Source: Tubulanus polymorphus (taxonomy: Eukaryota; Animalia; Nemertea). From it: 64,000 nucleotides of DNA. The DNA lies in the NCBI RefSeq assembly GCF_964204645.1, contig NC_134027.1, forward strand, positions 5,116,485 to 5,180,484, read 5' to 3'. Every line of letters starts with the position of its first letter. The stretch's first letter is position 1. The notes below the pieces were generated by a model. That model was given only the letters and a program-made list of their open reading frames with translations, did not search any database and had not been told where the DNA came from. The translations under genes were made by a program, and so were the position numbers. Below, piece after piece: positions 1-12,683 of this stretch.

Positions 1-209
1 CAATTATTCTTGCTATTTCCTGATATTAACTCTCAAATACCATGACTTCCCACAATTCTAAGGAATTCTAGACAATTCGAACTCTTCATTGACTTGAGCA
101 CTCAAAGGCTGAAATTCCCTGACCTTCTAACACCTCAGAAAACGCTTTTTAAATTACGTGGCTTCCCGGGTTTTCACTGATTGCAGGAACCACGTTATAG
201 GAAATTTAC

Positions 210-3200
210 CGTAAAACTGCTACTTCATTCTTAAACGCCTGCATCTGCGCTTCAGTCGGTTCAACTACATTCAATCGTTTCACAGCAACTTGACCATGCC
301 AGTGACCTCTGTATACAGTTCCAAACGATCCTGATCCTATTCGGTGGCCGATCTGGATTTCAGTTGTCGGTATTTCCCAATCTTCATTCGAATCTCGACG
401 TGGAAGCTGTGGAAAACAAATCGAAGAAATTGCATCCGAAGTTATCCAGTCCAATATCTCCGTAAATTCAGAATAATCATCGAATCGTACCTTTTTCCTG
501 TGTTCGGATTCTGCAGATCTAGACCTAGTCCGTATTGTAGGCTGAGCTAACTTTGTAGGACTAGCACCACTTCCTGTGATTAATGACGTCGCTATATTTT
601 GACCTGGAAAACAGAAAAGATATGTTAGCTCATTGTTAAAATCTTAAGAGAATTTACTACCGCAATGAACACGTAAAGATTTGAAAAATCAAAACCACAG
701 GACCCAGTTCCACAACTGCAGTCAATGTTGAATGCAATGTCATTGAAAATAGAGTTAAGATGACACACAATATAGGAACCGAATCCTGAATTTCAATGGA
801 CTATGGAATATAATAAGTCAGGCTATAAACACTTTAAAAGAGTGGATATTTTCACGCATTGCCATCAATTTACTGTTATTTCATGCTGAAACTAACGGAG
901 ATAAAGCGTTTAGTGGAATTTGAATATCAAACAGATGGAAATCATACATCATTACAAATAACCATGTACAAGTAGTAAGAAGACATGCTGTTGTGTGCCT
1001 GTGCATATTAGATTTGTCGAGGGGTATTAGCAGAAAGCATCATAAATAAAACAGTGGTACCATAGCCCTTCTTCAGGGATATATTTCTTCTTTCATTTGA
1101 GTACACTACAGTATTCATTCGACTTTAATGTTTATGAGATTATTACATTTTTTCGCTGTGCGACAAGTTGACGGATCCAGTGAAATATAACCACAGATTG
1201 ATCATCATATACTAAAGCCCATTCTATATAGCGGTAGATAGCGGCCGAGGGTTTGTTTGAAAGCATTAAAAATCATGGTCTACATTTACTAGCAGGGGAA
1301 GAGTGTAAGATAGAGAAAGACACAAAGGTATAATAGCTGTTAATCAAATTGTTAGCTGCAGAAATACTAATAATAATCATACAAATAATATCTAAATAAT
1401 GATAACAGTCAGAATAATAATGATAGATTTAGTAATTGATACTAGTAATAGTAGTAATAGTAGTAGTAAGTAGTAGTAGTAGTAGTAGTTGTAGTAGTAG
1501 TAGTAGTAGTTAGCGATTCGCTCATTGAAGCTACCTTTATGAATAGTGGCATAATAGTGTTTTTGAGTCAGTTTAGGGCTTTCACAGCGCTTTATATCGG
1601 CTGTAGTCCGGTGGTTGAACATCAGGTCTGTAATTCAATAACAAACAACAACGACAGTCAGACAGAGATGAAAGTGCGATCACAAATAAATGCACACCAG
1701 TTAACAGCAGTAGGGAAACATCCGGATACAACGACCATAACTTACTAAGTACTAAGGATGGGAGCAAACATTTAAAATGTTAATCCCGATAGTGATGACC
1801 AAGGGTAAAACCAAAAATTTTACTCATAATATCATTACATGTAATGACACACAAACTAAGTCCTTGGTCAGCGTTTTGAATTATAACTACAATTTTCAGA
1901 AGCCAGGAGCCAGTAATGAATAAACATTGTTCAGTAAAATGGAGCAAAGTATCTTGTGAGCTCCTTCGTCAGATGAATCTTATACATACACGCATGTGCA
2001 TATATGCATTTATGTACAATATGAAATCAAAAGATTCTGACCTTCGGAGAAGAACGCCAATGTGGTAAACCGTAAATAACAAACACCACTTTTACCGATG
2101 CCATATAGGAGAAAACTAGTAGACATAATACACATAGAACTCACCTGCACTACTGGCACTGGTCGACGGGAACTTCCGTGTGACTTCCTGTAAAATAAAA
2201 TTTCACAAGGGTAGCTGGCATTTATAGTCTAACTGTATGAAAACATCTAATATAAATTTCAAATTATGATTATGTTAATGTTATCGAAACTCATGCACAT
2301 AACTGATTGAGATCAGGTAAATATATTCAAAATATATATAAGTATTGATAATACAAGTAAAATATATACGTATAAAAAGTACTGATGATGATTGGTAAAA
2401 TTAGGTACTTACCCAGGGAAAGAGAGAAAATTATAGCAAAACCTTAAGATAAGACGTGCTAAGAATAAAATGTGTCAAGAATAAAATGAGAAAGTACCCG
2501 TGAAAAAGCTGAATAAGGAATGTAGTAATGAAGATGACAATGAAAGAATACGGTCATTCAAAACCGAAGACAATTCCATTGTGAATTGAGTAGAGGATCA
2601 CGTCCATCAGGAAGGCAGAGTGCTACCATCACATTCTGAACTAGCGGAGACAGGTGATCGGTTAACGTGTTTTGAGGAATGATGTTGAACGAAATGCAGG
2701 GAATAGATAGAAACCAGCAGAAGTAAACTGCGGATACATGTAAGAGAACCGTACATGTAACGAAACACTCAGCCAGGTACTGTACATGTACATCACACAA
2801 ACTTCACTACTATAATTCACACAGTCACAGCGAATCTGAACTTACAAAATATGATAAGTCGCAATCATTATCACAAACGTAACAATACCTAACCATTGCG
2901 TATGTACCTGTATGGCGAGTCTTTTTCTGATTTCCTTAAGGTTATAAATGGATAAATGGCATCGAGAAAATATGATGAAAATCCATCACCTCGTTCTATA
3001 TGTTGAAATGAATGATGTGATAAACACCGAAACCGGGGCCTTGACCTTCAAGATATGCAACCGAAATACTGAATACCAGTAATTGATAACAAGTCATGAT
3101 TGAAGCTATTGTCTAACCTTGCCCTGGTCAAGGTAGATCGTCAAACCGGGAGCCTGCGGAAGAGACACAGGCGGTGTCACTGGTGCCACAAAGGGATGAT

Positions 3201-6200
3201 GACGATCCTGAAATGATGTCTCGTAAAAATAACTTTGAAAAGGGGGAAAATCCTGTCAAACTGTCAATAGCAGATACAACAAATCAGTTAATTCCGTAGA
3301 CATGTTGAATGTTGAAAATCCGTAATGTCCATTCACTTAGAAACATATGAACAACATTTAAGTTCACTTGGTGAAAATCAAACATGTTTTCTATATCAAT
3401 TGATTACATAAATAGAAAAAAATATATGCTGAACCCATTCCCAATAAGCAAAACAGACAACGATCAAGGCGGGTACTGGAATATAAGAATATCAATGAGA
3501 AAAATACTTCCCAAAATAGCGACTACCGTATTTATACTGAAATTCCTTATCAAATATCCAGAGAGGGTAAAATCAATAGCATAAAAGAAATTGTTCTTCC
3601 AGAGTTGGTTACACGTTTAGGATGAAGAAATAATCAAGAGGCGACAGCACAGTAACAACTAGGTCACCACATGTTCTAGAATTAGACATGAGAATTTTCG
3701 AAAACAGACTTCGACGTGACCAAAAGCAGGTAAAGTATACCTAATCCTGTTTCCGATTTAAGAAAAAAATTCCCCACGAACCAAAGGAAACTCAAAAATA
3801 ACGCTATAATCTATGATGGAAAGAAAACCACAGGAGCCTCTATCCCTGACATAAACACTGGCGTAGAAAATGGCAACTACCGGAATGTAGTATTTAAAAG
3901 TAGCCGGCGAATATGTGAGGGATACACCGTGACAAGGATATACACAAGACCGGCCCTACATTACCTCCTGTTGTTCATAGGACTCGGTGAATGATGAAGA
4001 GTCATGGTTAGGAAGCAAATTTCGCACATTGGGTGCAGAGGTCGATCGCTCGGGTTTGCGCCCGGCATCGGGATCGAGACTACTGTAAAATAACACATAC
4101 GTAAAAAAACTACCATTCAAAGCGCAGTTACACACACGAAGGTGGCGGCGCATTTCTCCACTCAGATATAGATAATAGAGATAATGACACGTGCTGCAAT
4201 AGGAAAACATATAAATAATAATGATAAATATAAAACAACGTAACATAGTTGTCGCCCTTGCTTTGACGCAGATGATTAGCACATGAGAAAGGCAACTTGC
4301 GGTGTGAGTTGGTTTTGTACGCTTCTTATCTATGATTTAGAAAATTCAAAACATTCTCTCAGTAAATGATGCGCATTATTATCATTAGATTTAATTGATT
4401 TGAATACGAAATGAAGGGCTACTCAAAATGCAGGCTGCTTTTTTACATGTGACAGACGTATGCGCGCGTGCAGGGCGAACAGTATATAATGACATACCTC
4501 CACCATACTACCATCGCCTGCATTGACTAGATTCAGGCAAACATTAGGAGCTGAAGTGGATCGCTCTCTATGGGCAAGAGGAGGCGCACGTGATCGTGAA
4601 ACCGTTTGAGGCCTATTGTAGAACATCGATAGGGTATTAGGATGACCACTGCCCGCTGCTAACCAGCTATATTAAAGTAAAAGAAACGATAGAAGAAAAA
4701 TGAAAAACAAGTAAAAACATACACCACCGACACGGGTCGTAATTCGAACAAAAAAGTTTTGAGCGGAGACGGTAAAATGTAATCATAAAATCAACTGTTC
4801 AGCCACCTTGGATTACTGTGCGTATCGGAAATGCCGACTTATTTCTCGCAATTTCTAGCAGAGAAGAAAAACAAACGACTACACAATTCAACTGCAATGA
4901 AAACATTATTATATTCAGCATAAACTATCATAGATGTCCGTCGCGTGAATGAAGCAATCTTCGAATAATTATTGAATCGAAAGATATTGACATTTCAGTC
5001 CCAAATATTTCTAAAACTTTCAAAAATCTTCACTCTAAAGCAGAAAATCATCGATGATAGTGTAAATAAAGATTACAAAGCAGTCGTCATCGTGATTTAT
5101 ACCAAAAAACCTCTAAAATCGAAATATGTCTTTGCCAATTTCAGAAAATGTCCTCCAAAAAACATCATAATAATGACTACGGCAAGATTCATAACCATAT
5201 TCACAATCAATATAACAACTGCTCTGTTTCAGTGGAAATTAGTCAGCATTACCAAACACACACGTAATTCATATAAAATACAACCTAAAAATAATCCTAT
5301 ATATAAATATATATATATATACATATATAAATTACATATATACATATATATATATATATATATAAATATAAATAATACAAGAGCGTTTGACGAATACACA
5401 AGGTTTGGACAGATTTCGGGGGGATAACTTTGAATGTTAAAACGCATAACATTACCAGGTGTTGACACATATTTCATCCTCTCTGCTACTTATAGTGCTA
5501 TCGCTTTCTCTGGAGATTTTGAAGTAAAAGTCACCTCTGTTTGATATAGAGAAAAAAGAAAGGCAGCGTGAAGATGTTTTATCACAGAAAGTTTAAGACG
5601 GGAAGATGAAGGATTGAAATGAGATTTTTAATGATGTACCGGTATCCAATATGTATCTTGCACATTTTCTAAGTATGTTATTAGCCTCTCTAAATAGTCT
5701 TTCAAGGTGCTATTTAGCTTTTTAGAAATGTTGGAAAAAGGTCTTAAGTTAGGAGAAGCAAATATTGTGTAGTTTCCCCCAAAGATTTACAGTGAAATTT
5801 TTTCCAGTACTTGTGGCAAGAATAGTTTGAAATGATATCAAAAAGCATTCTGAAATTCAGGAGATGACAAGTTGTACAATTTCTATGTGGTTTTTCATAT
5901 TCCTTTTACTGTTTGATTAAAATTTTGAATGTAATTGCAGTGAAAATTTATTGGTTTTATTAGGTTTTTGTTCTAAATCAAGGATGAAGAAATAAAACAT
6001 TATACAATCAGGTCAAAACATACTTTGCGCACAGTTAGCATATTATATTCACAAGTTTTTACGATTGCCTTCCATCATGTCACGAAGATCAACATCGTGA
6101 CCTTTCACTTTCCTTGATTACTAACAGATTCTATTCGTACAACATGTTACATGTTACGAGACTAGGGTCAAATTGCATTTGATAAAATAAAGGTGACTGA

Positions 6201-9200
6201 AACCATTTATGTAAATATACATGTAGTATGTATCCAGACATGCTTCAAATTGACATGGATGGACATATTGATGATACAACTTATACAAATGATCAGGCCA
6301 GCACCAATCACAGGGTACCATTGATCAAACATATGCACAGGGACGGATATAGGGCCTGATTCAAGAAGGGGTGCACCCCAAAATAGGGCATAAAAACCCA
6401 TTGGAAAACATTATCTGGATCCACCCCTATTGCAGGCAGCCTAATAGGTGCATATCAGATTGGTACTGGCCTGAGTATGAAAACAGGGTGTTACACAACA
6501 GCTGAGTTCATCAGGTTTGGATTCTGATGGCAAAAATAAGAGATTATCTATAAAAGGAATAGAACATTGCGCATTATTTCAAGAGCTGAAAATAATTTCA
6601 AAGGTTAAAAGCATATATATCCTTAGGAATAACTTCAAACAATTTTCATGGAGCAAATTCGAAACTATTGTCACTTCATAGTGGTTTTTGGATGTTCAAC
6701 ATTTTCAAAGTTATTTCCAAGGATGACATTTTGTACTAAATAAGAAATGAAGAGGACAGATTTTGTCTACCTAGGGCTAACAGCAGTAACCACAGATTTG
6801 GTTCGCTAGCTACAGAATTTCCACATACACAGCCCAAAAGGAAATCAATCCAATTTCTACAAGGACTGAATGAAATCAACTTGAACAAATGGTATCGAAA
6901 ACTATCTTTGCATTGAATTATACATGAAATGTACTGTGTGTATGGTTTTTGTCGAAACAAAAGAAAAATTATATAAATGATAATAAAAACAATCATGGAT
7001 TGATGTCTGGAATAGAAATGGACGTAATCAGGCTGAAACAGAAAAGATATTCCACATCATGCTGGATATCCAACAAAAAACTGAGATCAAACTAAAAATA
7101 TTTTCATCGCAATCTTCTTTCGATAAAAAGAAATATATATTACCCTGAAAAAGATATAACAGCAGTATATCGAACTTTCGAATCAGATGGAATATTTTTT
7201 GATTAAATGAACTTAGCTAAGACGTTAAATATACCTCTTAGTCTTAAGAATAAGATTTTAAGCTGCATCTGGCACGAGATCTTTTTCTTTAAAAGGAAAC
7301 TTAATACAATTAATGCACATATTATGGTCCTAACGAGGAACATTTGAATGCAAATTGCAGCATAACCACGCACACACACACACGCACACACATAGTAAAG
7401 GATCAGGATGGCCCTTTTGAAACTAGAATGTAGCAATAACATGTAGACTTATTTTCTAAATATCAGTTGTAAGTTTGGGGATCAAACTTCAATCATGGAG
7501 GTTAAAACTAGTCGCGTATATCCAAATCTGAGTAAAAATAAGTTGAACATGAGCTGTTAATATTCAGCGGCTATACACTCTAGTTTCTAAAATGATAAAT
7601 CATCACATCACTCACATTTGCCATTTTGAGCTGTGTGAAAATTAGAAAACAAATACTGAGAATTCAAATTGCGCATCGAACAAATGCGTAAAACCCTCAA
7701 AAACTCTAACTAGCCACTTATAATAAAAATAGAATCTTTTTGGAAACCAAAATATGCTGCATTAAGATCGGGCCTCGTGTTTTATTGCTACCAATTTCTA
7801 AGAATACTCATACAAAGAGAAAAACTTTGAATCAATTCAGGTATTTCGATGTAAATGAATACCCGCAATCATTGACATTAATCAAATAGACATGCAATAT
7901 ATGAGACAAAAAGATGATAGAAATCAAAGCGAAAATTTAAGAAAGCATCGACCATCACTGAAACCACAGCAGTCTAAACAAGTATATCATTCTTCCCCTC
8001 AGTTCATTTCAAAATTTTGTCTTAAGTTGAGGAAACGCCATTGATTAAAACATGCTCATTGCTTGATTCTGAGTTATAGATACAAGCGGAAAAGAAAGTA
8101 TAAGAGAGGTGAATAGAATACGTACTGTTTAGCCGTTTCCCGAACATCGTGGTCGTAATACAACATGTCATCATCTTCTGCGGATTGCTGACACAATGTT
8201 GGCACGTCATCGGTACAACGTTGATGAAATCGGTAGCCACAAGTCTGACACCGAAATCCTTGGAACAATAGTTTCCTACAACTGTCACAGAATGCAAGAG
8301 TAAAGAATGTCTTCCGCACCTGAAATCGAAAGTAGAAAATAAGAAATAAACAAGCTACGCCTAATCAACGGTTAGACTGTCAAACCTCAAAATCAATGTC
8401 TTGCTGCCTGAATAGTTTCAATACAACATTTACCTATCGAGCATAACTTACAAAATTATGAGATATACTCGTAGGGGGTGGTAGGTTGCCCTTTAATTCC
8501 ACCATCAATTCTTCACCGGCAAGCGCAGACGTGTCAATGTCCCAAGGTATAATTGTTCTACAATGAAATATATACAGACATGAACGGAAATGATTTCCCT
8601 TATTCCGTATTTCATTTCGTTGAGCGTACCTCGTAGAACTGCGGATCACGATACACATTTCAATCGATAACTCTCGAATTCTCAAAGGTTTTTGTAACGC
8701 ATCGGCTAAAGTAGTGCCAGGCTTCACAGGTACCTGCATTTTAAAAGATGACAACGTTTCAAAAGCAATCGCAGATAAAAACCGTACAAGTTGAATACGC
8801 TATTTTGCGTCAACACATATAGGCCTACCGTTGTTTTCTGTTGATTTGGTAGGAATGCTTTTATAGTAGCTTTCATCGGCGAGCGGTGCTGCATTTGAGG
8901 ACTGTTCATTACGTTATCTCTCATAACCATATTTGTCAGATTACTTGAACTGTTATTCTCAGTTAACACACCACCACCTGTATCGGGATTGTCTTTTCCG
9001 TACACGGCTTCAGAATTACGTAGATCTATATGTCCAGTTGCTCTGTAATTGTCCTCACTGTAATCGTAGTCATCCGAGTCAGAACTCATAGAATCAACAT
9101 TGATTAGATCTAAAAGTTTTTGTTCTTTCTCTTGTAACTCGTGAATTTTGTTTGTAAGTCCTTCATATTCCTGGAATACAGAAATAGATTTCGATGAATT

Positions 9201-10345
9201 ATGAAATGTCGCGTTGTCAGAGCTATCACAAGGTATAAAGAAACGACACCCTTATTAAGATAATATTTCAAGATGTAGTGAAGGCTCCCAAAAAACATGA
9301 AACAAAGCAAAATGATGATATACACGTAAGTATAAATCATTCAGTCAAATTAAGGATCATTCACCCATAATCTCACAAGCCTTCTTGCCCTTAAGGTGAA
9401 TGTGGAAGAATACACTTACAAGCGTAAGAAAGTTGTATAAAATTTACAAAATTACCTATAACCAAAATTGAACGAGCCTCATCCCCTTAGAACTACACGT
9501 AGGCTAGGTGAATAGTCTGATTCAGACAGGTATTAAGTAATCATTTATACTTACTGAACAGAAACAAACACAATTTTACTGTCGTGTTATTACTAACAAC
9601 ACAAAAAAGATTTTTAACAGTAAAAAATCGAAAATCCTAGCATCAAATTGAATCACAAAAGCCCATTTCAACGTATTCTATCAAGCGTCGTAAAGAAGAT
9701 GATTCTATCAAAAAACATAAATCTTTGTAACTGTTCGATGTATTGAGGATTCTAAATGAATTCAAATCAATACAAACCTGTATGTACATAGACGGAGGAT
9801 GCTGATGGTTGCCAAATCTAGCGATGAGTGCTTCAAGATTTTCTTTCGTCAATTTGATTACATTTCGTAAATTTTTCAACTGAAAATAAGAAATTTTATT
9901 TAGATTAGATTATGAAATTGTTATATTGACAGTTTGAGAAAATTGAGTTTTACATCAAATTCAAAACGCATAGGCCCTAGGTCTTAAAATTTTAACTTTT
10001 AAGGCTTCCTTTTGAGACGGACTATCACCCTGAATTAGAAATCTTCATTCTTTTTACGATGTATATCTAAACATAATACGATGGAAAGTAGCAAATGTCA
10101 GATGGCAATGTCAAACTGTCTGTCAACTCAGTGGATTGCTCCCAAAAAAGAGGATTCTTGCAAAATGAGCTGCAGTTAATTACAAAATGCACTATCTTGT
10201 CACTATCAATGAGCCTGCAAATGAATTCGAGTAGTTGCTCTAATACCTCGTCTTCGATTGCACCGTTGTCACACGTATCTGGGCCGTTTTCCTGAGCACC
10301 TATAGTGAATTTTGGAATACCGTTCATCGTCACTTGAGCCGCCAT
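210..10345 (-). CDS. BRAF: B-Raf serine/threonine kinase (multi-exon; kinase domain continues beyond position 1)
   Basis: Phase-consistent GT-AG exons: 10247-10345 (ATG), 9778-9879 and 8829-9170 (BRS-like [37 protein letters not shown]), 8630-8733 and 8452-8557 (RBD, begins in previous exon: [16 protein letters not shown]), 8126-8319 (C1/[38 protein letters not shown]), 4498-4666 or 3965-4082 (CR2 RSTSAPNV), 3118-3207, 2145-2187, 491-603, 210-406 (N-region [33 protein letters not shown]). Confidence 0.96.
1443..1510. repeat. (TAG/TAA)n microsatellite in B-Raf intron
   Basis: Run of tagtagtag... seen directly. Confidence 0.9.
3965..4082 (-). CDS. BRAF: B-Raf CR2 exon B (118 nt, phase 2 to 0): [39 protein letters not shown]
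   Basis: Acceptor gttattttacag|, donor GAG|gtaatg; second copy of RSTSAPNV; same entry and exit phases as exon A. Confidence 0.75.
4498..4666 (-). CDS. BRAF: B-Raf CR2 exon A (169 nt, phase 2 to 0): [56 protein letters not shown]
   Basis: Acceptor ttaatatag|, donor GAG|gtatgt; [10 protein letters not shown] matches Raf CR2 (human BRAF RDRSSSAPNV, CRAF RQRSTSTPNV). Confidence 0.88.
5299..5370. repeat. Imperfect (TA)n microsatellite
   Basis: atatatat runs interrupted by c/aa. Confidence 0.85.
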
Positions 10346-11103
10346 ATTCAGTTCCTATGTAATACAGTTCAATGGTTTATTCTAGATAAAAGTGGGATCT
10401 AGGACTCGGACAATACGCGCACTGAATGGGAACCGGACCATCGCTGTGCAGCGGCACCGCCGTCGAAGATTTGTACTACGGCATTGGTCAGTCAAAGCAT
10501 ACAGGCTACAGAGCATATTTTGATTTCCACCTGCAAGGGTGACTGTCTTTATGGAAAATAAAACCTGTTTGTCATCCATGCTGCCGGCAGTCTAATCGAG
10601 GTTCGAGGAACAAGCCCGAAGCGGACAAGATAGTCCGAGTCGCGCCCGGCGTATCATTAAAGAACATTCGTCATCCCTATAGCGTAGGGATGACGAGAAT
10701 TTTCTTTAATCATTCAACCTGTTTCCTTAGCCGGACTAATGTTTGGATGGCGTGGAGTGATTGTTACCGTTGTGTCGTCTTAGCACAATGCATTATAGTC
10801 TTCTGGCCTAATGAAATATTCATCACTCATGTAAAAGTCTTCCTACTTTGTTGATCTAATAAACACGATACCTCACAATATGCGGAATTTACACCTGAAG
10901 TAACGATGCCATTTGTATACTGGGACCCGACACAGATGCGAGTCATTGATTGTGGTTCCGATTTCTGTAGGGTCAGTGGAACACCAAGCTTATTTAATAA
11001 GTGAACCAAAGTGTACCAAAGGAAATCACATGGAACTCAAAATTAATCAAATCCTTTTTTGGAATGTAAGCGAAAATCCTGCGGTTTAAAGTGAAAGCGT
11101 GCG

Positions 11104-11900
11104 ATGTTAAGCGTGATTATATTAACTGTTATTGGGGTATATGTCCCTCTAATTGAATCATTGGATGGTGAGTATACACCAGCGACTGAGATTATTTGTA
11201 GCTTTCATTAAAATCTTCCTATTCCAATAAAATTTCCTATTCTATTAGTTCCAAAATATCTGGTATATCTATTTAGCGCGTCATTGTTCGGGTACGATGG
11301 TGTGGTCGATAATCCCTGCCCGAGGTCTTGACGACAACAACGATCGAGTAAAATGGTTTGCTTCCTTCGACGATTGCAAAAGGTTTTGCGAACATGAAAC
11401 TGATTTCACGTGTAGATCTTTTGAATACGAGGTTAAAAAGGTGAAAAGATGTCTCCTGAGCCGACATAGTCGCTGGACCAAACCTGAACAATATACTTTA
11501 GAAGAAGCGTCTTGGGTTTACGCTGATTGGCAATGCTCCGAAGGTAACATCATACCAATTTTATCCACCTGTCCGAATCTACTGATATGCAATGTTTCGT
11601 AATTTTCTTTTTGTAGATAAACGTTCCATTGGTCGGAAATACAAGAAATTCAAACACGCATCCACACCGTCAAATGAGAAAGCGTACATCTCGACGAAAA
11701 TGGTTGTGTCAGGGAAAGGATGCGCTTTTATCTGCGCACAGACTGCCGACTGTTTACTCTTCGCTATCGAATCATTTGCCGGAATCCACCAGTATCGGTG
11801 CACTACATTTAACTCCCACACCCTCTGTAAAAACTGCGGACAACCACGAATACGCGCGAATACAGATGTCTACATCGTCAACCAAACGCCTTCTGCGTAA
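11104..11900 (+). CDS. Secreted protein with two PAN/Apple-like domains (~204 aa)
   Basis: Exons 11104-11167 (signal peptide MLSVIILTVIGVYVPLIESLD), 11277-11543 (DDCKRFCEHETDFTCRSFEY...RCLLS, PAN Cys pattern), 11617-11900 (GCAFICAQTADCLLFAIE...RC); phase-1 junctions, total 615 nt in frame. Confidence 0.8.
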
Positions 11901-12155
11901 ACGAAATTTCTTAATCTTGCAAATAATTCAAGAGGCGTTATTAATAAGTACAGCGTCTCCTGTACGTGTGGGTAATTCAACAATTCAATGATACTTGAAA
12001 ATTAACTTGGGTCTGGGTAAACGGCTCTTTTTGATTAGATATTTAGTACCAGTAGGTTTAAAACATTGTTATCAATCATATCAGGTCGTCGATATTTTTA
12101 GATTTAGTTTATATCAAGGTAGTAGATTTATATACAATATCGGTAGAAAGACTGG

Positions 12156-12683
12156 ATGAACATCAGTATGGAAAGGCGACTTGTTGACGAAGGACAATGC
12201 ACACCAGACCAGGTTAACGGGGGAGAGGGTAAATATTCAACTCAGTGTCCACGGCGCTATAAAGCCGATTAGTTAAATCTTTGCTTGGTCCTTATCTGTT
12301 AATTTGGCTGCTTTCTTTCACTAAAATCTACAGAACAACAACCGGCAACAGCGTTCCAAAATCATGCGTACTACGAGCAAACCAGTGATCAAGCCATCGT
12401 TTTTACAATTTCAACTAGTGGACAGCACCCGGCGACAAAGTTTTCCGATCCGACTATCGAACCACACGTTGATATGGCCGTTTTAGCTTGTCTGTGTTGC
12501 TGTTTCCCTGGAATCATTGCGTTGATATGTGCTATACTCACAAAATCTGCAATTCGAAATAGTGATGTCAATGCAGCATCTTTGTCAAAAGCAGTTCTCA
12601 TGCTTAGCAGGTTCTGTATAATAACGGGGTTCGTTCTTAACATTACTTGGATCGGATACATGATATACAAATACACTACCTAA
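12156..12683 (+). CDS. CD225/dispanin family (IFITM/PRRT/SYNDIG-like) membrane protein (~140 aa)
   Basis: Exons 12156-12228 and 12334-12683 in frame (423 nt); CD225 signature AVLACLCCCFPGIIALICA...A...S followed by a C-terminal TM helix; AATAAA ~12804. Confidence 0.8.

Noticed and set aside
1392-1622. Poly-Tyr/poly-Leu ORF
   Set aside because: Translation of the (TAG)n microsatellite in a B-Raf intron.
1792-1872. C/D snoRNA-like segment (GTGATGA plus terminal stem)
   Set aside because: The C-box is antisense to the host gene and no properly placed CTGA D-box is present.
2412-2800. Extra B-Raf exon suggested by a strong minus-strand donor (GG|gtaagt ~2411) and an 80-aa ORF
   Set aside because: I found no acceptor giving a stop-free, phase-compatible exon and no Raf similarity.
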